A stretch of 64,000 nt of DNA from an uncultured Microthrixaceae bacterium. GTDB taxonomy: Bacteria > Actinomycetota > Acidimicrobiia > Acidimicrobiales > VFJN01. A program made the position numbers and the translations under genes. Shown here piece after piece: positions 56,370 through 64,000 of the stretch (position 1 is the first letter of the stretch; every line of letters starts with the position of its first letter). The stretch is taken from NCBI GenBank assembly GCA_963703565.1, contig CAVPEW010000042.1, forward strand, positions 33,327 to 97,326. Direction: 5' to 3'. A model generated the notes under the pieces. The model saw only the letters and a program-made list of their open reading frames with translations. It was not told the origin of the DNA and did not search any database.

Positions 56370-57626
56370 TCAGTTCTTGAGCATGTCCTTGAACGGGGTC
56401 TTGGAGTCGATGCCGGGGTCCTTTGGCAGCCCCAGCACCCGCTCGCCGATGATGTTGCGCATGATCTCGTCCGACCCGCCGGCGATGCGCATGGCCGGGG
56501 ACCCGAGCAGCATCTGGCCCCAGGCGTAGGTGCCCCACTCGCCGGTGTCGGCGACCAGGCGGGCACCGAGGACGTGGCTGACGAAATCGTTGACCAGGCG
56601 CAGGTTCTGGGCCAGGGAGAGCTTGCCGATCGACATCTCCGGGCCGGGCAGCTGGCCGGACTTGATCTTGTCGCTGGCGCGCTGGCCGGTGAGCTTGGCG
56701 ACCTGGAAGCGCACGTACACGTTCATCAGCTCGTCGCGCAGCACCTCGTCGTCGGCCTTGCCGAAGTGCGACAGCATGGCCGCCAGGCGGGTGATGTCGG
56801 CCACGCCGGTCCCCCCGCTGGACCCGCCGCCGATCGAGGCCCGCTCGTTCATCAGCGTGGTCAGCGCGACGCTCCAGCCCTGGTTGACGTCGCCGAGGCG
56901 GTGGTCGTCGGGGACCCGCACGTCGTTGAAGAACACCTCGTTGAAGGCCGCGCCGCCGGTCATCTGGCGCAGTGGGCGGATGTCGACGCCGGGAGCGGAC
57001 ATGTCCACCACGAACCCGGTGAGGCCCTGGTGCTTGGGGGCGTCGGGGTCGGTGCGGCAGATGATCTCGCCGATGTCGCTGTAGTGCGCCCCGGAGGTCC
57101 ACACCTTCTGGCCGTTGATGATCCACTCCTCGCCGTCGCGCTCGGCCCGGCAGGACAGCCCCGCGAGGTCCGAGCCCGCTCCCGGCTCGCTGAAGAGCTG
57201 GCAGGCGACGAGATCTGCCCTGTAGAGCTTGGGCAGGTACTTGGCCTTCACCTCGGGCTGGGCGTGGTCCTTGATCGTGGGGGCGACCATGCCCAGGCCG
57301 ATGCCGAAGAAGCCCTGGTCCGGCACCTCGTAACGGGCCTCCAGGCTGTTGTAGAGCCGCTCGTAGGAGCTGGGCAGCTCGCGCCCTCCGTACTCGGCGG
57401 CGCCGGTGATGTAGCCCAGGCCTGCGTCGTAGCGCTTGGCTCGCCAGGCCTTGGACCCCACCAGAAGGCGCTTCTCGAGCTCGCGGTCGACGTCTTCGAA
57501 CATGCCCACGTCGTCGGAGCCATCGCCCCACTTGAAAGCGGCCTTCTCGGTCTTGCGGGAGGCGTTGGCGTCGAGGAAGGCGGTGACCTCGTCGGTGAAC
57601 TCGTCGAGGCTGGGCGTGTCGGCCAT
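56370..57626 (-). CDS. Acyl-CoA dehydrogenase family protein (copy 2)
   Basis: FSEPGAGSDLAGL, NGQKVWTSGA and GGSDEIMRNIIGERVLGLP. It is a clear paralog of the gene at 35881..37149. The start is ATG 57626. Confidence 0.9.
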   Translation of the reverse strand: MADTPSLDEFTDEVTAFLDANASRKTEKAAFKWGDGSDDVGMFEDVDRELEKRLLVGSKAWRAKRYDAGLGYITGAAEYGGRELPSSYERLYNSLEARYEVPDQGFFGIGLGMVAPTIKDHAQPEVKAKYLPKLYRADLVACQLFSEPGAGSDLAGLSCRAERDGEEWIINGQKVWTSGAHYSDIGEIICRTDPDAPKHQGLTGFVVDMSAPGVDIRPLRQMTGGAAFNEVFFNDVRVPDDHRLGDVNQGWSVALTTLMNERASIGGGSSGGTGVADITRLAAMLSHFGKADDEVLRDELMNVYVRFQVAKLTGQRASDKIKSGQLPGPEMSIGKLSLAQNLRLVNDFVSHVLGARLVADTGEWGTYAWGQMLLGSPAMRIAGGSDEIMRNIIGERVLGLPKDPGIDSKTPFKDMLKN

Positions 57627-57726
57627 GGCGTTCCCCCAAGTGAGAGCCGAGCGCCGCGCGGGGCGCATGACGGTCGCTCAAGGTAGCCCGTGACCTGACG
57701 GGCCGGCGAAACCGCCGTACGGTCGG

Positions 57727-58101
57727 GTGATGCGCGCCGTGCCTGCCCTCGCCGGGGTCACCGTGGCCATCTGGACGACCCGGATCTCCAACATCGTGAG
57801 GGGCGACGAGGCTGCGGGGGCCAAGGCCGTCTCGGCGGTCCTGGCGGTCGTCTTCACCGCCTTCGCCGTGCTCACCGTGGTGCGCTGGTGGCGCCGCTCG
57901 CCCGCGCTGGCAGCGACCGTCCGGGCCTTCGCCGGCTGGACCGTGGCGGTGTGGGTGGTGCGCCTGGCCGGCATCGCCACCGCCGACCACGGAGCCGCCT
58001 TCGTCGTCGTGCACGCGGTGCTCGCCGCGGTCTCGGTCACCCTCGCCGTCGCCGCAGCGCGCGAGGTGGGGGCCCGGGCGCGCACCTCCGTCCCCGCCTG
58101 A
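57727..58101 (+). CDS. Hypothetical membrane protein (four predicted helices)
   Basis: 124 aa, hydrophobic, with Trp/Arg-flanked helices. No family recognised. Confidence 0.5.
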   Translation: MMRAVPALAGVTVAIWTTRISNIVRGDEAAGAKAVSAVLAVVFTAFAVLTVVRWWRRSPALAATVRAFAGWTVAVWVVRLAGIATADHGAAFVVVHAVLAAVSVTLAVAAAREVGARARTSVPA

Positions 58102-58164
58102 GCGCTGCGCCGGCGCCCGACCGTTTCGGAACGTCGGACCCGGCCTGGTTACGATCGCCCGCCG

Positions 58165-58596
58165 ATGGGTCAGCCGATCAGCGTCGTCGAGAAGCGCTCG
58201 CACGATCCCTCCATCGTGCGGTTCGAGACCAACCGTCCCCTCACCGGCATGGCCCACGAGCGCTACGAGGCCTCTCCCGACCCGCTGGCGGTGCGCCCGG
58301 CCGACGAGTTGGCCCGGCGCCTGTTCGCCCGCGGCGGCGTGGGGGCTGTGCACGTGAACGGCTCGGTGGTCACCGTGCGCCTCGGTCCGGGCTCGACCGG
58401 GGAGGGCCTGGCCGAGGTGGTCGCCAGCCTGTTCAGGCACTACCCCGACGTCGACACCGACGGCTCGACCGGGGCCCCGGCCGCAGCGGCGCCGGTCGAG
58501 ATGGAAGTCGACTCCGACGCCGCGGCGCCCGAGACGGCCGCGGACCCTGCCACCGCCACCACCCGTACCGCTCAGGACGCGCCGGGCTCGGACTGA
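58165..58596 (+). CDS. Nfu/NifU N-terminal-like domain protein with acidic tail
   Basis: IVRFETNRPLTG...LARRLFARGGVGAVHVNGSVVTV...LAEVVASLF resembles the Nfu_N scaffold fold pattern. Confidence 0.5.
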   Translation: MGQPISVVEKRSHDPSIVRFETNRPLTGMAHERYEASPDPLAVRPADELARRLFARGGVGAVHVNGSVVTVRLGPGSTGEGLAEVVASLFRHYPDVDTDGSTGAPAAAAPVEMEVDSDAAAPETAADPATATTRTAQDAPGSD

Positions 58597-58615
58597 CGGC
58601 CGGCGATTGACAGGA

Positions 58616-58631
58616 TCGAACAGGTGTTCGA
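58616..58631. promoter_or_regulatory. LexA (SOS) box TCGAACAGGTGTTCGA upstream of, and overlapping, the imuA' start
   Basis: It matches the actinobacterial consensus TCGAAC-N4-GTTCGA perfectly. It is embedded in a 30-bp palindrome (58609-58638), and TTGACA (58607-58612) lies just upstream. Confidence 0.85.
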
Positions 58632-59370
58632 TCCTGTCGTGGTGCAGGAGGGAGCGACGAACCGGATCGCCGACCGGTCCGGGCTGAGCGCCCTGGCCGA
58701 GCGGGTCCGTCCGGTGGCGTTGGCCCGCGAGCAGCGCCTCGAGGTGATCGAGCCCCTGGCCCCGTTGCTGCCCGGAGGGTTGCGCCGGGGTTCCACCGTG
58801 GCGGTCCGGGCCGGGTCGGGAGTCGGTGGGGCCACCTGCCTGGCGCTGGCGCTGGCGGTGCAGGCCACCGTGGCGGGGTCGTGGGCGGCGACGTTGGGCC
58901 TGGGCTCGGTGGGCCTGGTGGCGGCCGCGGAGGTGGGGGTCGACCTCGGTCGCCTGGTCCTGGTTGCGAGCCCGGGGGTGGCGCAGCGTGCCACGGTTGC
59001 GGCGACGCTGGTCGACGGGTTCGACCTGGTGCTGCTCGACGAGTCGACCAGCGCGTCGCTGCGCCCGGCCGAGAACCGCCGGCTGGTGGCCCGGGCCCGC
59101 GAGCGCGGCGCTGTCGTGGTCCGGGTCGGCGCCCGCGGGTCCGATGGTGCCGACGTGGTACTCGAGGTCTGCGGCGCGAGCTGGGAGGGTCTGGGGGAGG
59201 GGCACGGGCACCTGCGGGCCCGCCGGGCGACGGTGATCGCCTCGGGGCGCGGCGAGGCGGCGCGGGTGCGCCGGGCCGAGCTGTGGTTGCCCGGTCCCGC
59301 CGGTGCCGTCGAGACGGTGCTCGAAGAGCCGGCGACCCTGACCTGTCGGGCCCACCCGGCGGTGTCGTGA
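58624..59370 (+). CDS. imuA: ImuA'-like (RecA-fold) SOS mutagenesis accessory protein
   Basis: GGLRRGSTVAVRAGSGVGGATCLALALA has a degenerate RecA/SulA-like P-loop context. An SOS box lies upstream, and the gene is translationally coupled to imuB. The real start may be GTG 58639 or 58642. Confidence 0.65.
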   Translation: MFDPVVVQEGATNRIADRSGLSALAERVRPVALAREQRLEVIEPLAPLLPGGLRRGSTVAVRAGSGVGGATCLALALAVQATVAGSWAATLGLGSVGLVAAAEVGVDLGRLVLVASPGVAQRATVAATLVDGFDLVLLDESTSASLRPAENRRLVARARERGAVVVRVGARGSDGADVVLEVCGASWEGLGEGHGHLRARRATVIASGRGEAARVRRAELWLPGPAGAVETVLEEPATLTCRAHPAVS

Positions 59371-60950
59371 GCCCCACCCTGGCGCGCACCCTCGTCGTGT
59401 GCTGCGCCGACTGGCCCCTGGTGGCCGCCGGCTGTCACGAGGTACCCGCCGTGGTCGTCCACGGCAACGTGGTGCGGGCCACCTCGGCACCGGCACGCCT
59501 CGACGGCGTCGAGGTGGGGCAACGCCGTCGGGAGGCCCAGCGCCGCTGCCCCGACCTCGTCCTGGTCGAGCAGGACCCGGCCCGCGACGCCCGGGCCCTA
59601 GATGCCGTGGTGGCGGCTCTCGAGGCGCTCACCCCCCGCCTGGAGGTCACGGGCGCCGGCACGGTGTCGTTCAGCACCCGTGGACCGGCTCGCTACTTCG
59701 GCGGGGAGGCAGCGCTGGCGCAGCGAGCCCGGCGCCTGGTCCTGGGGGTCGCCGCTGCCGGCGTCGAGGTGGGCGTGGGCGTGGCGGACGGGGCGTTCGC
59801 CGCGGGGCTGGCCGCCGGTTCCGACGCTGCCGCCGGGCTCGCCGACGGTGTGGTGGTGGTGCCCATGGGCTCGACCGCGAGCTTCCTCGCACCGTTGCCG
59901 TTGTCCGTGCTCGATCGGCCCGTCCTGGCCGGGGTGCTGGGCCGCTTGGGCCTGCACGACCTGGGCGCCCTGGCCCGCCTGCCCCCCGCCGAAGTGCTCG
60001 CTCGCTTCGGAGCCGACGGGCTGGCCGCCTGGCGCCTCGCGGCTGCTCGGGCCGCCCCGCCGCTGGCTCCGGCACCGCCCGCTGTCGCGCTCACCGTCGC
60101 CACGCAGATCGATCCCCCGCTCGAGTCGGTGGAGGCGGTGGCCTTCGTGGCCCGGGGCCTCGCCGACGAGTTGCACCGCGGGCTGCTCGAGCGTGGTTCG
60201 TGGTGCCCGGCGATCCTGGTCGGCGCCGAGTCAGACCACGGCGAGCGCAGCGAGCGTGTCTGGCGCCATGACGGACCCCTCGGCGTGGCCGCCATGGTCG
60301 ATCGCGTCCGCTGGCAGCTCGAGGGGTGGTTGGCCGGCTCCTCGCGCCAGCGGCCCACTGCCGGGCTCAGCCGATTGTGGCTCGAGCCCGTCGAGGTGGT
60401 GCCAGCCGGCGGACGCCAGCTGGGGTTCTGGGGCAGCGACACCGCCACCACCGAGCGTGCAGCGCGGGCGGTCGACCGACTGCAGGGTCTGCTGGGGGCG
60501 GGTGCGGTGGCAGTGCCCGAGTGGCGCGGCGGGCGCGATCCCGCCGAGCGGGTGGCGCTGGTGGGGGCCGAGGCGGTCGAGCTCGACCCGACCCGCCCGG
60601 CGGCCAGGTCCGACTGGGTGGTCGAGCCCTGGCCGGGACGGCTCCCCGCCCCGTCGCCAGCGCTGGTGTTCGAGCCTCCTCGTCCCACCGAGGTCGTCGA
60701 CTCCGAGGGCCGCCCGGTGGGGGTGAGCGGCCGGGGCATGGTCTCGTCGCCGCCTGCGCGGGTGCGCGTGGGGCCGGGGCCATGGCGGTCGGTGGTGGCC
60801 TGGGCCGGGCCGTGGCCGATCGAGGAGCGCTGGTGGGACCGTGCCCGGGCTCGGCGCCGCGCCCGGTTCCAGCTGCTCGACGACGCCGGGGCGGCGCACC
60901 TGAGCGTGCTCGAGGGCGGTCGTTGGGTCACCGCCGCCACCTATGACTGA
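59367..60950 (+). CDS. imuB: ImuB (Y-family polymerase-like, catalytically inactive type)
   Basis: The DinB-like N-terminus is LVVCCADWPL...; FLAPLPLSVL and an extended C-terminal region are also present. The GTG start overlaps the imuA' stop (GTGA). Confidence 0.85.
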   Translation: MSPTLARTLVVCCADWPLVAAGCHEVPAVVVHGNVVRATSAPARLDGVEVGQRRREAQRRCPDLVLVEQDPARDARALDAVVAALEALTPRLEVTGAGTVSFSTRGPARYFGGEAALAQRARRLVLGVAAAGVEVGVGVADGAFAAGLAAGSDAAAGLADGVVVVPMGSTASFLAPLPLSVLDRPVLAGVLGRLGLHDLGALARLPPAEVLARFGADGLAAWRLAAARAAPPLAPAPPAVALTVATQIDPPLESVEAVAFVARGLADELHRGLLERGSWCPAILVGAESDHGERSERVWRHDGPLGVAAMVDRVRWQLEGWLAGSSRQRPTAGLSRLWLEPVEVVPAGGRQLGFWGSDTATTERAARAVDRLQGLLGAGAVAVPEWRGGRDPAERVALVGAEAVELDPTRPAARSDWVVEPWPGRLPAPSPALVFEPPRPTEVVDSEGRPVGVSGRGMVSSPPARVRVGPGPWRSVVAWAGPWPIEERWWDRARARRRARFQLLDDAGAAHLSVLEGGRWVTAATYD

Positions 60951-61106
60951 CGGTGGGATCCGTCTGGCCCAGATCGGCGGCCGTACCCCGGCGGCCCGGC
61001 AAGGTGTCACGAGAGTGCAACGGCGACACAGCCGTGATCGACCGGCCCCCCGGTACCTTGCTGGGCGGGCGGAGGATCAGCCGTGCTGGGAGGTCGCGGT
61101 CCATCC

Positions 61107-62843
61107 ATGCCCGAGCACTCGAAGGCCCCGCGTGCCACCCGCCGCCGCTGGTTCGCTGCCGCGGTCGCCGCCGTGGCCGCGCTGGTCGTGGCCGTGCTGG
61201 CTGCTGCGCTGGTCGCCGGTAGCGAGGACGGGGGAGGTCGGCCCTCCCCGATGCCTGTGGCGAGGGCCTACCTGCGGGCCTGGGAGGCGGGAGACCTCGC
61301 CACCATGGCCGAGCTGGTGCGCGAGCCGCACGACGACCTCGCGACGCGCCACGCAGCGGTGGCCGAGGCGCTCGGGGTGCGCTCGATCCAGCTGGAGCCC
61401 GGCCGCGTGGTCGTCACCGGTGACCGGGCCGAGGTCGCCTTCACCGCCCACCTCGACCTGGCCGGCCTCGGCCCGTGGACCTATGACGGGCGGTTGCCGC
61501 TCGTCTACGGGGTCGTACCGGCTGGAGCGGGCGACGACGGCGGGGGCGGCACCGCCGGCGACCGGGCCACTGGTGGCAGGGGCGAGCGGTCGGCCTGGCG
61601 CATCCGCTGGACCCCGTCGGTCATCCACCCGGCCTTGAGCGAGGGTCGCTCCCTGGCACGCAGCACCGTCGTTCCGGTTCGGGCCCCGATCCTCGGGGCC
61701 CGGGACGCTGTCCTCGACGGCGCTCCCGGGCTCCCCGCGTTGCGCTCGTTGGTCGGCCGGGTCGGCGAGGCCACCGCCGAGCAGCTCGCTGTCGACGACT
61801 CCCTGGTGCCGGGCGCGACCCTCGGGCGTTCGGGTCTCGAGGCCGCCTACCAGGATCGGCTCGCCGGGCGGCCCGCGGGCGTGGTGCGCGTGGTCGATGA
61901 CGCCACCGGCGCCGAGGTGTCGGTGCTGCACCGCTTCGCAGGCGAGGCCCCCCAGCCGCTGCGCACCACCATCGACCTGGAGGTGCAGGCCGACGCCGAG
62001 GCGGCTCTGGCGGGGCTCGAGGCGAACGCCGCCCTGGTGGCGGTGCGGGCCACCGGCGATGTGCTCGCGATTGCAAACACCCCTGCGGGGGGCTTCGACC
62101 GTGCGCTGCTGGGCACGTATCCCCCCGGGTCGACGTTCAAGATCGTCAGCGCTGCCGCGCTGCTCCGCAACGGGCTGACGCCGTCGTCGGAGCTGACGTG
62201 CCCACCGATCCTGTCGGTCGGGGGCCGATCGTTCACCAACTTCGAGGGCGAGTCGGCCGGCACCCTGTCCTTCTCGGAGGCCTTCGCCCGGTCCTGCAAC
62301 ACCGCCTTCCTCGGCGCGGCCGAGGACCTCCCGCCCGAAGCGCTCGTTCAGGCGGCGGCGACGTTCGGGTTCGGCGCCGTGCCCTCGCTGGGCGTACCGG
62401 TGGCGGCGTCGTCGTTCCCCGAACCATCCGGACCGGTGGAACGGGCGGCGGCTGTGATCGGCCAGGGACGGGTGCTGGTCACCCCGTTGCACCTGGCCAC
62501 GATCGCTGCCGCGGTGCGCTCGGGGGCCTGGCACCCTCCGGTGCTGCTGCCCGAGGTGGCCCCGGCCGACCCGGCGGCGGTGCAGCCCATGGAGCCCGAG
62601 GTGGCGGAGGCGCTGAGGTCGCTCATGGCCGGTGTGGTCCAGCGGGGCACGGGCACCGCGGCGGCGCCCGCCGAGATCGGCAAGACCGGCACCGCCGAGT
62701 ACGCCGGCGGGAGCCCTCCGCCGACCCACGCCCTCTTCGTGGGCTGCCGGGGCGACGTGTGCATGTCGGTGGTGGTCGAAGGAGGCGAGTCGGGCGGCCA
62801 CGTGGCGGCCCCGATCGCCGGGCGGTTCTTCGCCGCCCGCTGA
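61107..62843 (+). CDS. Penicillin-binding protein (class B-like transpeptidase with NTF2-like N-terminal domain)
   Basis: A TM anchor is followed by ARAYLRAWEAGD (MecA_N-like). The transpeptidase motifs are STFK, SCN and KTGT. Confidence 0.85.
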   Translation: MPEHSKAPRATRRRWFAAAVAAVAALVVAVLAAALVAGSEDGGGRPSPMPVARAYLRAWEAGDLATMAELVREPHDDLATRHAAVAEALGVRSIQLEPGRVVVTGDRAEVAFTAHLDLAGLGPWTYDGRLPLVYGVVPAGAGDDGGGGTAGDRATGGRGERSAWRIRWTPSVIHPALSEGRSLARSTVVPVRAPILGARDAVLDGAPGLPALRSLVGRVGEATAEQLAVDDSLVPGATLGRSGLEAAYQDRLAGRPAGVVRVVDDATGAEVSVLHRFAGEAPQPLRTTIDLEVQADAEAALAGLEANAALVAVRATGDVLAIANTPAGGFDRALLGTYPPGSTFKIVSAAALLRNGLTPSSELTCPPILSVGGRSFTNFEGESAGTLSFSEAFARSCNTAFLGAAEDLPPEALVQAAATFGFGAVPSLGVPVAASSFPEPSGPVERAAAVIGQGRVLVTPLHLATIAAAVRSGAWHPPVLLPEVAPADPAAVQPMEPEVAEALRSLMAGVVQRGTGTAAAPAEIGKTGTAEYAGGSPPPTHALFVGCRGDVCMSVVVEGGESGGHVAAPIAGRFFAAR

Positions 62844-62879
62844 GAGCCGGTGCTGCTCGCTCCGCCGCCGCGTTGCTCG

Positions 62880-63383
62880 CTACGCGGCCGGCGCGTCCCG
62901 GCGCGCCCGGAGCCCCAAGGCTAGGGCCACCAGCACCGCCGCGACCGAGGGGGCGAGCACCGCGGGATCCTCGCCGGCGTCGCCGGAGGCCAGCACGGCC
63001 AGGGCCAGCAGTGCCAGGTTGCGGGCCAGGGTGCGCCCCGAGACGGCGGTGGCGTCGGCGCCGCCGAAGCAGCGGCACACCGGATGGCGGCCCCTTGACA
63101 CGGCGAGACCCACGGCGATGGTGAACGCGGCGAGCATGGCCCCGGCGAGGGCGGCGCCGGCAACGGCCAGGGGCGGCACCAGCAGGGCGGACGCAGCCAG
63201 GGCCTCGCCCGCTGGCACTGCCACCGCTGCGGCGGGCGCCCACCGGCGGGGCACGCCGAGGGCGATGGCGGAGTCGGTGAGGCCCTCTGGGCGCGCGACC
63301 TTGGCGATCGCCGCCAGGCCGACCACGCCGGCGAGCACCGCCCGGCAGGCCAGGATGAGGGCGGTCACGGCTGCGTCGGCCAC
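62880..63383 (-). CDS. MauE/DoxX-like redox-associated membrane protein
   Basis: 167 aa with multiple helices, the AAIAKV motif, and a conserved Cys pair (HPVCRCFG) as in MauE family proteins. Confidence 0.6.
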   Translation of the reverse strand: MADAAVTALILACRAVLAGVVGLAAIAKVARPEGLTDSAIALGVPRRWAPAAAVAVPAGEALAASALLVPPLAVAGAALAGAMLAAFTIAVGLAVSRGRHPVCRCFGGADATAVSGRTLARNLALLALAVLASGDAGEDPAVLAPSVAAVLVALALGLRARRDAPAA

Positions 63384-63486
63384 AGCGATCCGGCACGACC
63401 CTTCGCGTCCCGCGGGGCCGGACAGCCGGGCACCGGGTCACCGTACCGGTCGGATCGGGGCCACCATGTCGCGTTCCCCTTCCTGA

Positions 63487-63502
63487 TCGAACATCTGTTC
63501 GA
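63487..63502. promoter_or_regulatory. LexA (SOS) box TCGAACATCTGTTCGA upstream of dnaE2
   Basis: It matches the consensus perfectly. It abuts a -10-like TAAGGT (63503-63508), and the dnaE2 GTG lies 6 nt after that hexamer. Confidence 0.85.
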
Positions 63503-63514
63503 TAAGGTGACCGG

Positions 63515-64000
63515 GTGGGTTTCGACAACCGGGGCCGATCGTGGTCCGAGCTGGAGCGAGCCCTGTCGGATCGCCGTCCCGACGGCCGCCCCCGCTCGCG
63601 CCCGCCTGGAGCCACCGGCGGTGACAGCCCCGGGTGGTCGCACCACCGCGAAGCCTACGAGGCGCCGCGGGGCCTCCGGCCGCCGCCTGGCGGGCCGCCC
63701 TACGGCGAGTTGCACGCCCACTCCCACTTCAGCTTCCTCGACGGGGCGAGCCCGCCCGAGGCGCTCGCCGAGGAAGCGGTGCGGCTCGGGTTGTCGGCGT
63801 TGGCGCTGACCGATCACGACGGCCTCTACGGAGTGGTCCGCTTCGCCGAGGCGGCCCGAGTCGTCGGGCTGCCCACCGTGTTCGGGGCGGAGCTGGCCGT
63901 TGGGGCCTGCGGTGCGCGCACGGGCACGCCCGATCCCGCCGGCGAGCACCTGCTGGTGCTGGCACGCGATCCCGCCGGCTACGCCCGGCTCGCATCCGTG
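63515..64000 (+). CDS. dnaE2: Error-prone DNA polymerase III alpha subunit DnaE2, N-terminal part (runs off the right edge)
   Basis: Hand translation gives VGFDNRGRSWSELERALSDRRP...PYGELHAHSHFSFLDGASPPEALAEEAVRLGLSALALTDHDGLYGVVRFAEAA, the PHP domain start typical of DnaE2. It is not in the ORF track because it has no stop in the window. Confidence 0.85.
   Translation, partial: MGFDNRGRSWSELERALSDRRPDGRPRSRPPGATGGDSPGWSHHREAYEAPRGLRPPPGGPPYGELHAHSHFSFLDGASPPEALAEEAVRLGLSALALTDHDGLYGVVRFAEAARVVGLPTVFGAELAVGACGARTGTPDPAGEHLLVLARDPAGYARLASV

Noticed and set aside
56020-59496. A 1158-aa minus-strand ORF.
   Set aside because: Only the last 99 codons (56020..56319, DUF4235-like) look real. The rest is out of frame with, or antisense to, the acyl-CoA dehydrogenase, the membrane protein, the Nfu_N-like gene and imuA'.

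Overview
This is a very GC-rich, gene-dense chromosomal segment of actinobacterial type. The markers for that are an Rpf domain, mycothiol-type and F420-type enzymes, imuA'-imuB plus dnaE2, and TCGAAC-N4-GTTCGA SOS boxes. I call about 65 protein genes and one tRNA-Arg(CCG). I see no rRNA, no CRISPR array and no intact mobile element.

Layout, left to right:
- 1-1000: a truncated ABC ATPase, then a decayed non-coding stretch next to the tRNA.
- 1153-8277: an orphan response regulator and the conserved argS-lysA-(two inserted genes)-hom-thrC block.
- 8359-22524: a mycofactocin locus. It comprises an NDMA-type alcohol dehydrogenase, mftA (41 codons, absent from the ORF track), mftB and mftC. A 7.5 kb flavoprotein module follows (two FadH/OYE paralogs, then ETF-alpha, FixC, FixX and ETF-beta). 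The locus ends with mftE, a mycofactocin-coupled SDR, mftF and a second SDR. No mftD, mftR or mftG is visible in the window.
- 22539-58596: mixed housekeeping and accessory genes. These include two ABC1 kinases, two DoxX proteins, two acyl-CoA dehydrogenases, tag, rpf, PhoH2, hrpA, cofC, gpsA, a class III cyclase, GH38, PPK2 and rnhB.
- 58616-64000: an SOS mutagenesis set. imuA'-imuB and a partial dnaE2 each sit behind a perfect LexA box, and a PBP gene and a MauE-like gene lie between them.

The most notable points:
1. The ETF/FixCX and FadH/OYE module is embedded in the mycofactocin operon, and the locus has no mftD.
2. Five otherwise intact genes are each broken by one extra base, and every break lies in a GAGCTC hexamer with one duplicated base. 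This looks like a motif-specific assembly artefact rather than five real pseudogenes.

Many very long track ORFs are antisense or out-of-frame shadows typical of high-GC DNA. All homology statements rest on motif recognition by eye. No database search was run.
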